Shown one piece after another: positions 25,022 through 40,200 of a stretch of DNA of 57,927 nt; positions within the stretch are counted from its first letter, which is position 1; every line of letters begins with the position of its first letter. Origin of the DNA: Utricularia gibba. Lineage: Eukaryota > Plantae > Magnoliophyta. The stretch spans positions 1 to 57,927 of the forward strand of contig NEEC01000287.1 in the NCBI GenBank assembly GCA_002189035.1, read 5' to 3'. A program made the translations under genes and the position numbers. The notes beneath the pieces are model-generated. The model saw only the letters and a list, made by a program, of their open reading frames with translations, was not told where the DNA came from and ran no database searches.

Positions 25022-28000
25022 GGGCCCGAGCCCGACCCGACCTCCAGCCCGATCCTGGTGCCCCTCGAGAGCGCCTCCTCAAATATAAATCTTGTGGATG
25101 AGAAAGCCATTTGGGGTGCTCATGACATCCTAACTTCAAAAAATGCATTTGATTTTTGTTGAATAGGACCCGATTGGCTCAGGAGTCGAACCGAACCTTG
25201 GTCCGGATGAACTTCCCAATGAAAGCACCAAACCAAAACGACAAGCTTTTCCTTCAGAAACATGTAAGCAGCTGCCGAAAACCCAACGTTAATAAATGGA
25301 TCACTTTTTTTGCCGGGCTACAAATGACTATGGGCCCGAGCCCGACCTGACCTCCGGCCCGATCCTGGTGCCCCTCGAGAGCGCCTCCTCAAATATAAAG
25401 CTTGTGGATGAGAAAACCATTTGGGGTGCTCATGACATCCTAACTTCAATAAATGCATCACGATTTTCGTCAAATAGTACCTGATTTGGCTCAGGAGTCG
25501 AACGAAAACTTGGGTCTGGACGAAGTTCCCAACGACAGCACCCACCCAAAAAAGACAAGCTTTTCCTTCAGAAACAATGTAGGCAGCTGCCGAAAACCCA
25601 ACGTTAATAAATGGATCACTTTTTTTGCCGGGCTACAAATGACTATGGGCCCGATTTCGACAAGACCTCCGGCCGATCCTAGTGCCCCTCGAGAGCGCCT
25701 CCTCAAATAAAAAGTATGTGGTTGGAAACCATTTGGGGTGCTCATGACATCCTAACTTCAATAAATGCATCACGATTTTCGTTGAATAGGACCCGATTGG
25801 GCGCAGGAGTCGAACCGAACCTTGGGTCCGGATGAACTTCCCAACGAAAGCACCACCAAAAAACGACAAGCTTTTCCTTCAGAAACAATGTAGGCAGCTG
25901 CCGAAAACCCAACGTTAATAAATGGATCACTTTTTTTGCCGGGCTACAAATGACTATGGGCCCGATTTCGACAAGACCTCCGCCAGATCCTAGTGCCCCT
26001 CGAGAGCGCCTCCTCAAATATAAAGCTTGTGGATGAGAAACCATTTGGGTGCTCATGACATCCTAACTTCAATAAATGCATCACGATTTTCGTTGAATAG
26101 GACCCGATTGGGCGCAGGAGTCGAACCGAACCTTGGGTCCGGATGAACTTCCCAACGAAAGCACCCACCAAAAACGACAAGCTTTTCCTTCAGAAACAAT
26201 GTAGGCAGCTGCCGAAAACCCAACGTTAATAAATGGATCACTTTTTTTGCCGGGCTACAAATGACTATGGGCCCGAGCCCGACCCGACCTCCAGCCCGAT
26301 CCTGGTGCCCCTCGAGAGCGCCTCCTCAAATATAAATCTTGTGGATGAGAAAGCCATTTGGGGTGCTCATGACATCCTAACTTCAAAAAATGCATGTTGA
26401 TTTTCGTTGAATAGGACCCGATTGGGCTCAGGAGTCGAACCGAACCTTGTGTCCGGATGAACTTCCCAATGAAAGCACCAAACCAAAAACGACAAGCTTT
26501 TCCTTCAGAAACCATGTAAGCAGCTGCCGAAAACCCAACGTTAATAAATGGATCACTTTTTTTCCCGGGCTACAAATGACTATGGGCCCGAGCCGACCTG
26601 ACCTCCGGCCCGATCCTGGTGCCCCTCGAGAGCCCTCCTCAAATATAAAGCTTGTGGATGAGAAAACCATTTGGGTGCTCATGACATCCTAACTTCAATA
26701 AATGCATCACGATTTTCGTCAAATAGGACCGATTTGGCTCAGGAGTCGAACCGAAACTTGGGTCCGGACGAAGTTCCCAACGACAGCACCCACCCAAAAA
26801 CGACAAGCTTTTCCTTCAGAAACAATGTAGGCAGCTGCCGAAAACCCAACGTTAATAAATGGATCACTTTTTTTGCCGGGCTACAAATGACTATGGGCCC
26901 GATTTCGACGACCTCCGGCCCGATCCTAGTGCCCCTCGAGAGCGCCTCCTCAAATAAAAGCTGTGGTTGAAAACCATTTGGGGTGCTCATGACATCCTAA
27001 CTTCAATAAATGCATCACGATTTTCGTTGAATAGGACCCGATTGGGCGCAGGAGTCGAACCGAACCTTGGGTCCGGATGAACTTCCCAACGAAAGCACCC
27101 ACCCAAAAACGACAAGCTTTTCCTTCAGAAACAATGTAGGCAGCTGCCGAAAACCCAACGTTAATAAATGGATCACTTTTTTTCCGGGCTACAAATGACT
27201 ATGGGCCCGAGCCGACAAGACCTCCGGCCCGATCCTGTGCCCTCGAGAGCGCCTCCTCAAATATAAATCTTGTGGATGAGAAACCATTTGGGGTGCTCAT
27301 GACATCCTAACTTCAATAAATGCATCACGATTTTCGTTGAATAGGACCCGATTGGGCGCAGGAGTCGAACCGAACCTTGGGTCCGGATGAACTTCCCAAC
27401 GAAAGCACCCACCCAAAAACGACAAGCTTTTTCCTTCAGAAACAATGTAGGCAGCTGCCGAAAACCCAACGTTAATAAATGGATCACTTTTTTTGCCGGG
27501 CTACAAATGACTATGGGCCCGAGCCCGACCGACCTCCGCCCGATCCTGGTGCCCCTCGAGAGCGCCTCCTCAAATATAAATCTTGTGGATGAGAAACCAT
27601 TTGGGGTGCTCATGACATCCTAACTTCAAAAAAATGCATGTTGATTTTTGTTGAATAGGACCCGATTGGGCTCAGGAGTCGAACCGAACCTTGGTCCGGA
27701 TGAACTTCCCAATGAAAGCACCAACCAAAAACGACAAGCTTTTCCTTCAGAAACATGTAGCAGCTGCCGAAAACCCAACGTTAATAAATGGATCACTTTT
27801 TTTTCCCGGGCTACAATGACTATGGGCCCGAGCCGACCTGACCTCCGGCCGATCCTGGTGCCCCTCGAGAGCGCCTCCTCAAATATAAAGCTTGTGGATG
27901 AGAAAACCATTTGGGGTGCTCATGACATCCTAACTTCAATAAATGCATCACGATTTTCGTCAAAATAGTACCTGATTGGCTCAGGAGTCGAACCGAACTT

Positions 28001-31000
28001 GGGTCCGGACGAAGTTCCCAACGAAGCACCCACCCAAAAAAGACAAGCTTTTCCTTCAGAAACCATGTAGGCAGCTGCCGAAAACCCAACGTTAATAAAT
28101 GGATCACTTTTTTGCCGGGCTACAAATGACTATGGGCCCGATTCGACATGACCTCCGGCCCGATCCTAGTGCCCTCGAGAGCGCCTCCTCAAATAAAAGC
28201 ATGTGGTTGAGAAAACCATTTGGGGTGCTCATGACATCCTAACTTCAATAAATGCATCACGATTTTCGTTGAATAGGACCCGATTGGGGCAGGAGTCGAA
28301 CCGAACCTTGGGTCCGGATGAACTTCCCAACGAAAGCACCCACCAAAAACGACAAGCTTTTCCTTCAGAAACAATGTAGGCAGCTGCCGAAAACCCAACG
28401 TTAATAAATGGATCACTTTTTTTGCCGGGCTACAAATGACTATGGGCCCGACGACAAGACCTCCGGCCAGATCCTAGTGCCCCTCGAGAGCGCCTCCTCA
28501 AATATAAACTTGTGGATGAGAAAACCATTTGGGGTGCTCATGACATCCTAACTTCAATAAATGCATCACGATTTTCGTTGAATAGGACCGATTGGGCGCA
28601 GGAGTCGAACCGAACCTTGGGTCCGGATGAACTTCCCAACGAAAGCACCCACCCAAAAACGACAAGCTTTTCCTTCAGAAACATGTAGGCAGCTGCCGAA
28701 AACCCAACGTTAATAAATGGATCACTTTTTTTCCGGGCTACAAATGACTATGGGCCGAGCCCGACCCGACCTCCGCCGATCCTGGTGCCCCTCGAGAGCG
28801 CCTCCTCAAATAAAAGCTTGTGGATGAGAAACCATTTGGGGTGCTCATGACATCCTAACTTCAATAAATGCATCACGATTTTCGTTGAATAGGACCCGAT
28901 TGGGCTCAGGAGTCGAACCGAACCTTGGGTCCGGATGAACTTCCCAACGAAAGCACCACCCAAAAAACAAGCTTTTCCTTCAGAAACATGTAGCAGCTGC
29001 CGAAAACCCAACGTTAATAAATGGATCACTTTTTTTCCCGGGCTACAAATGACTATGGGCCCGAGCCCGACCGACCTCCGGCCGATCCTGGTGCCCCTCG
29101 AGAGCCTCCTCAAATATAAAGCTTGTGGATGAGAAAACCATTTGGGGTGCTCATGACATCCTAACTTCAATAAATGCATCACGATTTTCGTCGAATAGGA
29201 CCCGATTGGCTCAGGAGTCGAACCGAACTTGGGTCCGGATGAAGTTCCCAACGAAAGCACCCACCAAAAACGACAAGCTTTTCCTTCAGAAACATGTAGG
29301 CAGCTGCCGAAAACCCAACGTTAATAAATGGATCACTTTTTTTGCCGGGCTACAAATGACTATGGGCCCGAGCGACGACCTCCGGCCCGATCCTAGGTGC
29401 CCCTCGAGAGCGCCTCCTCAAATAAAAGCTGTGGTTGGAAAACCATTTGGGGTGCTCATGACATCCTAACTTCAATAAATGCATCACGATTTTCGTTGAA
29501 TAGGACCCGATTGGGCGCAGGAGTCGAACCGAACCTTGGGTCCGGATGAACTTCCCAACGAAAGCACCCACCCAAAAACGACAAGCTTTTCCTTCAGAAA
29601 CAATGTAGGCAGCTGCCGAAAACCCAACGTTAATAAATGGATCACTTTTTTTTGCCGGGCTACAAATGACTATGGGCCCGATTTCGACCGACCTCCGGCC
29701 AGATCCTAGTGCCCCTCGAGAGCGCCTCCTCAAATATAAAGCTTGTGGATGAGAAAACCATTTGGGGTGCTCATGACATCCTAACTTCAATAAATGCATC
29801 ACGATTTTCGTTGAATAGGACCCGATTGGGCTCAGGAGTCGAACCGAACCTTGGGTCCGGATGAACTTCCCAACGAAAGCACCCACCCAAAAACGACAAG
29901 CTTTTCCTTCAGAAACAATGTAGGCAGCTGCCGAAAACCCAACGTTAATAAATGGATCACTTTTTTGCCGGGCTACAAATGACTATGGGCCCGAGCCCGA
30001 CCCGACCTCCGCCCGATCCTGGTGCCCCTCGAGAGCGCCTCCTCAAATATAAATCTTGTGGATGAGAACCATTTGGGGTGCTCATGACATCCTAACTTCA
30101 ATAAATGCATCACGATTTTTGTTGAATAGGACCCGATTGGGCTCAGGAGTCGAACCGAACCTTGGGTCCGGATGAACTTCCCAATGAAAGCACCCCAAAA
30201 ACGACAAGCTTTTCCTTCAGAAACCATGTAAGCAGCTGCCGAAAACCCAACGTTAATAAATGGATCACTTTTTTTTCCCGGGCTACAAATGACTATGGGC
30301 CCGAGCCCGACCTGACCTCCGGCCGATCCTGTGCCCCTCGAGAGCGCCTCCTCAAATATAAAGCTTGTGGATGAGAAAACCATTTGGGGTGCTCATGACA
30401 TCCTAACTTCAATAAATGCATCACGATTTTCGTCAATAGGACCTGATTTGGCTCAGGAGTCGAACGAAACTTGGGTCTGGACGAAGTTCCCAACGAAGCA
30501 CCCACCCAAAAAAACAAGCTTTTCCTTCAGAAACATGTAGGCAGCTGCCGAAAACCCAACGTTAATAAATGGATCACTTTTTTTGCCGGGCTACAAATGA
30601 CTATGGGCCCGAGTTCGACCTCCGGCCCGATCCTAGTGCCCCTCGAGAGCGCCTCTCAAATAAAAGCATGTGGTTGAGAAAACCATTTGGGGTGCTCATG
30701 ACATCCTAACTTCAATAAATGCATCACGATTTTCGTTGAATAGGACCCGATTGGGCGCAGGAGTCGAACCGAACCTTGGTCCGGATGAACTTCCCAACGA
30801 AAGCACCCACCAAAAAACGACAAGCTTTTCCTTCAGAAACAATGTAGGCAGCTGCCGAAAACCCAACGTTAATAAATGGATCACTTTTTTTGCCGGGCTA
30901 CAAATGACTATGGGCCCGATTTCGACAAGACCTCCGGCCCGATCCTAGTGCCCCTCGAGAGCGCCTCCTCAAATATAAAGCTTGTGGATGAGAAAACCAT

Positions 31001-31224
31001 TTGGGGTGCTCATGACATCCTAACTTCAATAAATGCATCACGATTTTCGTTGAATAGGACCCGATTGGGCGCAGGAGTCGAACCGAACCTTGGGTCCGGA
31101 TGAACTTCCCAACGAAAGCACCACCCAAAAACGACAAGCTTTTCCTTCAGAAACAATGTAGGCAGCTGCCGAAACCCAACGTTAATAAATGGATCACTTT
31201 TTTTGCCGGGCTACAAATGACTAT
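25022..31224. repeat. 4-monomer HOR (A-B-C/C'-D) x5, ~1.24 kb
   Basis: A-headed monomers start at 25022, 26269, 27515, 28752, 29987 and 31225 (spacings 1247, 1246, 1237, 1235, 1238). The copies at 28752 and 31225 carry only part of the A marker set. Confidence 0.75.
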
Positions 31225-34200
31225 GGGCCCGAGCCCGACCCGACCTCCCCGATCCTGGTGCCCTCGAGAGCGCCTCCTCAAATATAAATCTTGTGGATGA
31301 GAAAGCCATTTGGGGTGCTCATGACATCCTAACTTCAATAAATGCATCACGATTTTCGTTGAATAGGACCCGATTGGGCTCAGGAGTCGAACCGAACCTT
31401 GGGTCCGGATGAACTTCCCAACGAAAGCACCAAACCAAAAACGACAAGCTTTTCCTTCAGAAACCATGTAGGCAGCTGCCGAAAACCCAACGTTAATAAA
31501 TGGATCACTTTTTTTCCGGGCTACAAATGACTATGGGCCCGAGCCCGACCTGACCCCGGCCGATCCTGGTGCCCCTCGAGAGCGCCTCCTCAAATATAAA
31601 GCTTGTGGATGAGAAAACCATTTGGGGTGCTCATGACATCCTAACTTCAATAAATGCATCACGATTTTCGTCAATAGGACCCGATTGGCTCAGGAGTCGA
31701 ACCGAACTTGGGTCGGACGAAGTTCCCAACGAAAGCACCCACCAAAAAAGACAAGCTTTTCCTTCAGAAACAATGTAGGCAGCTGCCGAAAACCCAACGT
31801 TAATAAATGGATCACTTTTTTTGCCGGGCTACAAATGACTATGGGCCCGATTTCGACAAGACCTCCGGCCAGATCCTAGTGCCCCTCGAGAGCGCCTCCT
31901 CAAATAAAAAGTATGTGGTTGGAAAACCATTTGGGGTGCTCATGACATCCTAACTTCAATAAATGCATCACGATTTTCGTTGAATAGGACCCGATTGGGC
32001 GCAGGAGTCGAACCGAACCTTGGGTCCGGATGAACTTCCCAACGAAAGCACCCACCCAAAAACGACAAGCTTTTCCTTCAGAAACAATGTAGGCAGCTGC
32101 CGAAAACCCAACGTTAATAAATGGATCACTTTTTTTGCCGGGCTACAAATGACTATGGGCCCGAGCCGACGACCTCCGGCCCGATCCTGTGCCCCTCGAG
32201 AGCGCCTCCTCAAATATAAAGCTTGTGGATGAGAAAACCATTTGGGGTGCTCATGACATCCTAACTTCAAAAAAATGCATCGATTTTTGTCGAATAGGAC
32301 CCGATTGGGCTCAGGAGTCGAACCGAACCTTGGGTCCGGACGAACTTCCCAATGAAAGCACCCACCAAAAACGACAAGCTTTTCCTTCAGAAACATGTAG
32401 CAGCTGCCGAAAACCAACGTTAATAAATGGATCACTTTTTTTCCGGGCTACAAATGACTATGGGCCCGAGTTCGACATGACCTCCGGCCCGATCCTAGTG
32501 CCCCTCGAGAGCGCCTCCTCAAATAAAAGCTGTGGTTGAGAAAACCATTTGGGGTGCTCATGACATCCTAACTTCAATAAATGCATCACGATTTTCGTTG
32601 AATAGGACCCGATTGGGCGCAGGAGTCGAACCGAACCTTGGGTCCGGATGAACTTCCCAACGAAAGCACCCACCCAAAAACGACAAGCTTTTCCTTCAGA
32701 AACAATGTAGGCAGCTGCCGAAAACCCAACGTTAATAAATGGATCACTTTTTTTGCCGGGCTACAATGACTATGGGCCCGAGCCCGACCCGACCTCCAGC
32801 CCGATCCTGGTGCCCCTCGAGAGCGCCTCCTCAAATATAAATCTTGTGGATGAGAAAGCCATTTGGGGTGCTCATGACATCCTAACTTCAAAAATGCATC
32901 ACGATTTTCGTTGAATAGGACCGATTGGGCTCAGGAGTCGAACCGAACCTTGGTCCGGATGAACTTCCCAATGAAAGCACCAAACCAAAAACGACAAGCT
33001 TTTCCTTCAGAAACATGTAAGCAGCTGCGAAAACCCAACGTTAATAAATGGATCACTTTTTTTCCCGGGCTACAAATGACTATGGCCCGAGCCCGACCGA
33101 CCTCCGGCCGATCCTGGTGCCCCTCGAGAGCCTCCTCAAATATAAAGCTTGTGGATGAGAAAACCATTTGGGGTGCTCATGACATCCTAACTTCAATAAA
33201 TGCATCACGATTTTCGTCAAATAGGACCCGATTGGCTCAGGAGTCGAACGAACTTGGGTCTGGACGAAGTTCCCAACGAAGCACCCCCAAAAAGACAAGC
33301 TTTTCCTTCAGAAACAATGTAGGCAGCTGCCGAAAACCCAACGTTAATAAATGGATCACTTTTTTTGCCGGGCTACAAATGACTATGGGCCCGATTTCGA
33401 CAAGACCTCCGGCCGATCCTAGTGCCCCTCGAGAGCGCCTCCTCAAATATAAAGCTTGTGGATGAGAAAACCATTTGGGGTGCTCATGATCCTAACTTCA
33501 ATAAATGCATCACGATTTTCGTTGAATAGGACCCGATTGGGCGCAGGAGTCGAACCGAACCTTGGGTCCGGATGAACTTCCAACGAAAGCACCCACCCAA
33601 AAACGACAAGCTTTTCCTTCAGAAACAATGTAGGCAGCTGCCGAAAACCCAACGTTAATAAATGGATCACTTTTTTTGCCGGGCTACAAATGACTATGGG
33701 CCCGAGCCGACCCGACCTCCGCCCGATCCTGGTGCCCCTCGAGAGCGCCTCCTCAAATATAAATTTGTGGATGAGAAAGCCATTTGGGGTGCTCATGACA
33801 TCCTAACTTCAAAAAAATGCATCGATTTTGTTGAATAGGACCCGATTGGGCTCAGGAGTCGAACCGAACCTTGGTCCGGATGAACTTCCCAATGAAAGCA
33901 CCAAACCAAAAACGACAAGCTTTTCCTTCAGAAACCATGTAAGCAGCTGCCGAAAACCCAACGTTAATAAATGGATCACTTTTTTTCCCGGGCTACAAAT
34001 GACTATGGGCCCGAGCCGACCTGACCTCCGGCCGATCCTGGTGCCCCTCGAGAGCGCCTCCTCAAATATAAAGCTTGTGGATGAGAAAACCATTTGGGGT
34101 GCTCATGACATCCTAACTTCAATAAATGCATCACGATTTTCGTCAAATAGGACCTGATTGGCTCAGGAGTCGAACCGAAACTTGGGTCTGGACGAAGTTC

Positions 34201-37200
34201 CCAACGAAAGCACCCACCAAAAAAGACAAGCTTTTCCTTCAGAAACAATGTAGGCAGCTGCCGAAAACCCAACGTTAATAAATGGATCACTTTTTTTGCC
34301 GGGCTACAAATGACTATGGGCCCGATTTCGACAAGACCTCCGGCCAGATCCTAGTGCCCCTCGAGAGCGCCTCCTCAAATAAAGTATGTGGTTGGAAAAC
34401 CATTTGGGGTGCTCATGACATCCTAACTTCAATAAATGCATCACGATTTTCGTTGAATAGGACCCGATTGGGCAGGAGTCGAACCGAACTTGGGTCCGGA
34501 TGAACTTCCCAACGAAAGCACCCACAAAAAAACGACAAGCTTTTCCTTCAGAAACATGTAGGCAGCTGCCGAAAACCCAACGTTAATAAATGGATCACTT
34601 TTTTTGCCGGGCTACAAATGACTATGGGCCCGAGGACAAGACCTCCGGCCCGATCCTAGTGCCCCTCGAGAGCGCCTCCTCAAATAAAAGCTGTGGTTGA
34701 GAAACCATTTGGGGTGCTCATGACATCCTAACTTCAATAAATGCATCACGATTTTCGTTGAATAGGACCCGATTGGGCGCAGGAGTCGAACCGAACCTTG
34801 GGTCCGGATGAACTTCCCAACGAAAGCACCCACCAAAAACGACAAGCTTTTCCTTCAGAAACAATGTAGGCAGCTGCCGAAAACCCAACGTTAATAAATG
34901 GATCACTTTTTTTGCCGGGCTACAAATGACTATGGGCCCGAGCCCGACCCGACCTCCGCCGATCCTGGTGCCCCTCGAGAGCGCCTCCTCAAATATAAAT
35001 CTTGTGGATGAGAAAGCCATTTGGGGTGCTCATGACATCCTAACTTCAAAAATGCATCACGATTTTTGTTGAATAGGACCCGATTGGGCTCAGGAGTCGA
35101 ACCGAACCTTGGTCCGGATGAACTTCCCAATGAAAGCACCAAACCAAAAACGACAAGCTTTTCCTTCAGAAACCATGTAGCAGCTGCCGAAAACCAACGT
35201 TAATAAATGGATCACTTTTTTTCCCGGGCTACAAATGACTATGGGCCCGAGCCGACCTGACCTCCGGCCCGATCCTGGTGCCCCTCGAGAGCGCCTCCTC
35301 AAATATAAAGCTTGTGGATGAGAAAACCATTTGGGGTGCTCATGACATCCTAACTTCAATAAATGCATCACGATTTTCGTCAAATAGGACCCGATTGGCT
35401 CAGGAGTCGAACCGAACCTTGGGTCCGGATGAACTTCCCAACGAAAGCACCCACCAAAAACGACAAGCTTTTCCTTCAGAAACAATGTAGGCAGCTGCCG
35501 AAAACCCAACGTTAATAAATGGATCACTTTTTTTGCCGGGCTACAATGACTATGGGCCCGAGCGACAAGACCTCCGGCCGATCCTAGTGCCCCTCGAGAG
35601 CGCCTCCTCAAATAAAAAGTTGTGGATGAGAAAACCATTTGGGGTGCTCATGACATCCTAACTTCAATAAATGCATCACGATTTTCGTTGAATAGGACCC
35701 GATTGGGCGCAGGAGTCGAACCGAACCTTGGGTCCGGATGAACTTTCCAACGAAAGCACCCACCAAAAAACGACAAGCTTTTCCTTCAGAAACCATGTAG
35801 CAGCTGCCGAAAACCAACGTTAATAAATGGATCACTTTTTTTCCGGGCTACAAATGACTATGGGCCCGAGTTCGACGACCTCCGGCCCGATCCTAGTGCC
35901 CTCGAGAGCGCCTCCTCAAATAAAAGCTGTGGTTGAGAAAACCATTTGGGGTGCTCATGACATCCTAACTTCAATAAATGCATCACGATTTTCGTTGAAT
36001 AGGACCCGATTGGGCGCAGGAGTCGAACCGAACCTTGGGTCCGGATGAACTTCCCAACGAAAGCACCCACCCAAAAACGACAAGCTTTTCCTTCAGAAAC
36101 AATGTAGGCAGCTGCCGAAAACCCAACGTTAATAAATGGATCACTTTTTTTGCCGGGCTACAAATGACTATGGGCCCGAGCCGACCCGACCTCCGCCCGA
36201 TCCTGGTGCCCCTCGAGAGCGCCTCCTCAAATATAAATCTTGTGGATGAGAAAACCATTTGGGGTGCTCATGACATCCTAACTTCAATAAATGCATCACG
36301 ATTTTCGTTGAATAGGACCCGATTGGGTCAGGAGTCGAACCGAACCTTGGGTCCGGATGAACTTCCCAACGAAAGCACCCACCCAAAAACGACAAGCTTT
36401 TCCTTCAGAAACAATGTAGGCAGCTGCCGAAAACCCAACGTTAATAAATGGATCACTTTTTTTGCCGGGCTACAAATGACTATGGGCCCGAGCCCGACCG
36501 ACCTCCGCCCGATCCTGGTGCCCCTCGAGAGCGCCTCCTCAAATATAAATCTTGTGGATGAGAAACCATTTGGGGTGCTCATGACATCCTAACTTCAAAA
36601 ATGCATCGATTTTCGTTGAATAGGACCCGATTGGGCTCAGGAGTCGAACCGAACCTTGGTCCGGATGAACTTCCCAATGAAAGCACCAAACCAAAAAACG
36701 ACAAGCTTTTCCTTCAGAAACCATGTAAGCAGCTGCCGAAAACCCAACGTTAATAAATGGATCACTTTTTTTCCCGGGCTACAAATGACTATGGGCCCGA
36801 GCCGACCTGACCTCCGGCCCGATCCTGGTGCCCCTCGAGAGCCTCCTCAAATATAAAGCTTGTGGATGAGAAAACCATTTGGGGTGCTCATGACATCCTA
36901 ACTTCAATAAATGCATCACGATTTTCGTCAATAGGACCTGATTTGGGCTCAGGAGTCGAACCGAACCTTGGGTCCGGATGAACTTCCCAACGAAAGCACC
37001 CACCCAAAAACGACAAGCTTTTCCTTCAGAAACAATGTAGGCAGCTGCCGAAAACCCAACGTTAATAAATGGATCACTTTTTTTGCCGGGCTACAAATGA
37101 CTATGGGCCCGATTTCGACAAGACCTCCGGCCAGATCCTAGTGCCCCTCGAGAGCGCCTCCTCAAATAAAAAGTATGTGGTTGGAAAACCATTTGGGGTG

Positions 37201-40200
37201 CTCATGACATCCTAACTTCAATAAATGCATCACGATTTTCGTTGAATAGGACCCGATTGGGCAGGAGTCGAACCGAACCTTGGGTCCGGATGAACTTCCC
37301 AACGAAAGCACCCAACAAAAAACGACAAGCTTTTCCTTCAGAAACATGTAAGCAGCTGCCGAAAACAACGTTAATAAATGGATCACTTTTTTGCCGGGTA
37401 CAAATGACTATGGGCCGAGTTCGACTGACCTCCGGCCCGATCCTAGTGCCCCTCGAGAGCGCCTCCTCAAATAAAAGCTTGTGGATGAGAAACCATTTGG
37501 GGTGCTCATGACATCCTAACTTCAATAAATGCATCACGATTTTCGTTGAATAGGACCCGATTGGGCGCAGGAGTCGAACCGAACCTTGGGTCCGGATGAA
37601 CTTCCCAACGAAAGCACCACCAAAAACGACAAGCTTTTCCTTCAGAAACATGTAGGCAGCTGCCGAAAACCCAACGTTAATAAATGGATCACTTTTTTTG
37701 CCGGGCTACAAATGACTATGGGCCCGAGCCCGACCGACCTCCGGCCGATCCTGGTGCCCCTCGAGAGCGCCTCCTCAAATATAAATCTTGTGGATGAGAA
37801 AACCATTTGGGGTGCTCATGACATCCTAACTTCAATAAATGCATCACGATTTTCGTTGAATAGGACCCGATTGGGCGCAGGAGTCGAACCGAACCTTGGG
37901 TCCGGATGAACTTCCCAACGAAAGCACCCACCAAAAACGACAAGCTTTTCCTTCAGAAACAATGTAGGCAGCTGCCGAAAACCCAACGTTAATAAATGGA
38001 TCACTTTTTTTGCCGGGCTACAAATGACTATGGGCCCGAGCCGACCGACCTCCGGCCGATCCTGGTGCCCCTCGAGAGCGCCTCCTCAAATATAAATCTT
38101 GTGGATGAGAAAACCATTTGGGGTGCTCATGACATCCTAACTTCAAAAAATGCATGTTGATTTTTGTTGAATAGGACCCGATTGGGCTCAGGAGTCGAAC
38201 CGAACCTTGGTCCGGATGAACTTCCCAATGAAAGCACCAAACCAAAAACGACAAGCTTTTCCTTCAGAAACATGTAAGCAGCTGCCGAAAACCCAACGTT
38301 AATAAATGGATCACTTTTTTTCCCGGGCTACAAATGACTATGGGCCCGAGCCCGACCTGACCTCCGGCCCGATCCTGGTGCCCCTCGAGAGCGCCTCCTC
38401 AAATATAAAGCTTGTGGATGAGAAAACCATTTGGGGTGCTCATGACATCCTAACTTCAATAAATGCATCACGATTTTCGTCAAATAGGACCTGATTGGGC
38501 TCAGGAGTCGAACCGAACTTGGGTCTGGACGAAGTTCCCAAAAGCACCCCCAAAAAAGACAAGCTTTTCCTTCAGAAACAATGTAGGCAGCTGCCGAAAA
38601 CCCAACGTTAATAAATGGATCACTTTTTTTGCCGGGCTACAAATGACTATGGGCCCGATTTCGACAAGACCTCCGCGATCCTAGTGCCCCTCGAGAGCGC
38701 CTCCTCAAATAAAAAGTATGTGGTTGGAAAACCATTTGGGGTGCTCATGACATCCTAACTTCAATAAATGCATCACGATTTTCGTTGAATAGGACCCGAT
38801 TGGGCGCAGGAGTCGAACCGAACCTTGGGTCCGGATGAACTTCCCAACGAAAGCACCCACCAAAAAACGACAAGCTTTTCCTTCAGAAACAATGTAGGCA
38901 GCTGCCGAAACCCAACGTTAATAAATGGATCACTTTTTTTGCCGGGCTACAAATGACTATGGGCCCGATTTCGACGACCTCCGGCCCGATCCTAGTGCCC
39001 CTCGAGAGAGCGCCTCCTCAAATATAAATCTTGTGGATGAGAAAACCATTTGGGGTGCTCATGACATCCTAACTTCAATAAATGCATCACGATTTTCGTT
39101 GAATAGGACCCGATTGGGCGCAGGAGTCGAACCGAACCTTGGGTCCGGATGAACTTCCCAACGAAAGCACCCACCCAAAAACGACAAGCTTTTCCTTCAG
39201 AAACCATGTAGCAGCTGCCGAAAACCCAACGTTAATAAATGGATCACTTTTTTGGGCTACAAATGACTATGGGCCGAGCCGACCTGACCTCGGCCCGATC
39301 CTGGTGCCCCGAGAGCCTCCTCAAATATAAAGCTTGTGGATGAGAAAACCATTTGGGTGCTCATGACATCCTAACTTCAATAAATGCATCACGATTTTCG
39401 TCAAATAGGACCTGATTTGGCTCAGGAGTCGAACCGAACTTGGGTCGGACGAACTTCCCAACGAAAGCACCCACCCAAAAAAGACAAGCTTTTCCTTCAG
39501 AAACAATGTAGGCAGCTGCCGAAAACCCAACGTTAATAAATGGATCACTTTTTTTGCCGGGCTACAAATGACTATGGGCCGATTTCGACAAGACCTCCGG
39601 CCCGATCCTAGTGCCCCTCGAGAGCGCCTCCTCAAATAAAAGTATGTGGTTGGAAAACCATTTGGGGTGCTCATGACATCCTAACTTCAATAAATGCATC
39701 ACGATTTTCGTTGAATAGGACCCGATTGGGCGCAGGAGTCGAACCGAACCTTGGGTCCGGATGAACTTCCCAACGAAAGCACCCACCCAAAAAAACGACA
39801 AGCTTTTCCTTCAGAAACAATGTAGGCAGCTGCCGAAAACCCAACGTTAATAAATGGATCACTTTTTTTGCCGGGCTACAAATGACTATGGGCCCGATTT
39901 CGACAAGACCTCCGGCCAGATCCTAGTGCCCTCGAGAGCGCCTCCTCAAATATAAACTTGTGGATGAGAAAGCCATTTGGGGTGCTCATGACATCCTAAC
40001 TTCAATAAATGCATCACGATTTTCGTTGAATAGGACCCGATTGGGCGCAGGAGTCGAACCGAACCTTGGGTCCGGATGAACTTCCCAACGAAAGCACCCA
40101 CCCAAAAACGACAAGCTTTTCCTTCAGAAACAATGTAGGCAGCTGCCGAAAACCCAACGTTAATAAATGGATCACTTTTTTTGCCGGGCTACAAATGACT

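Noticed and set aside
38998-39014. CTCGAGAGAGCGCC (+2 bp) and widespread homopolymer length changes
   Set aside because: These are singleton slippage-type differences typical of long-read error and were not used alone as subtype markers.
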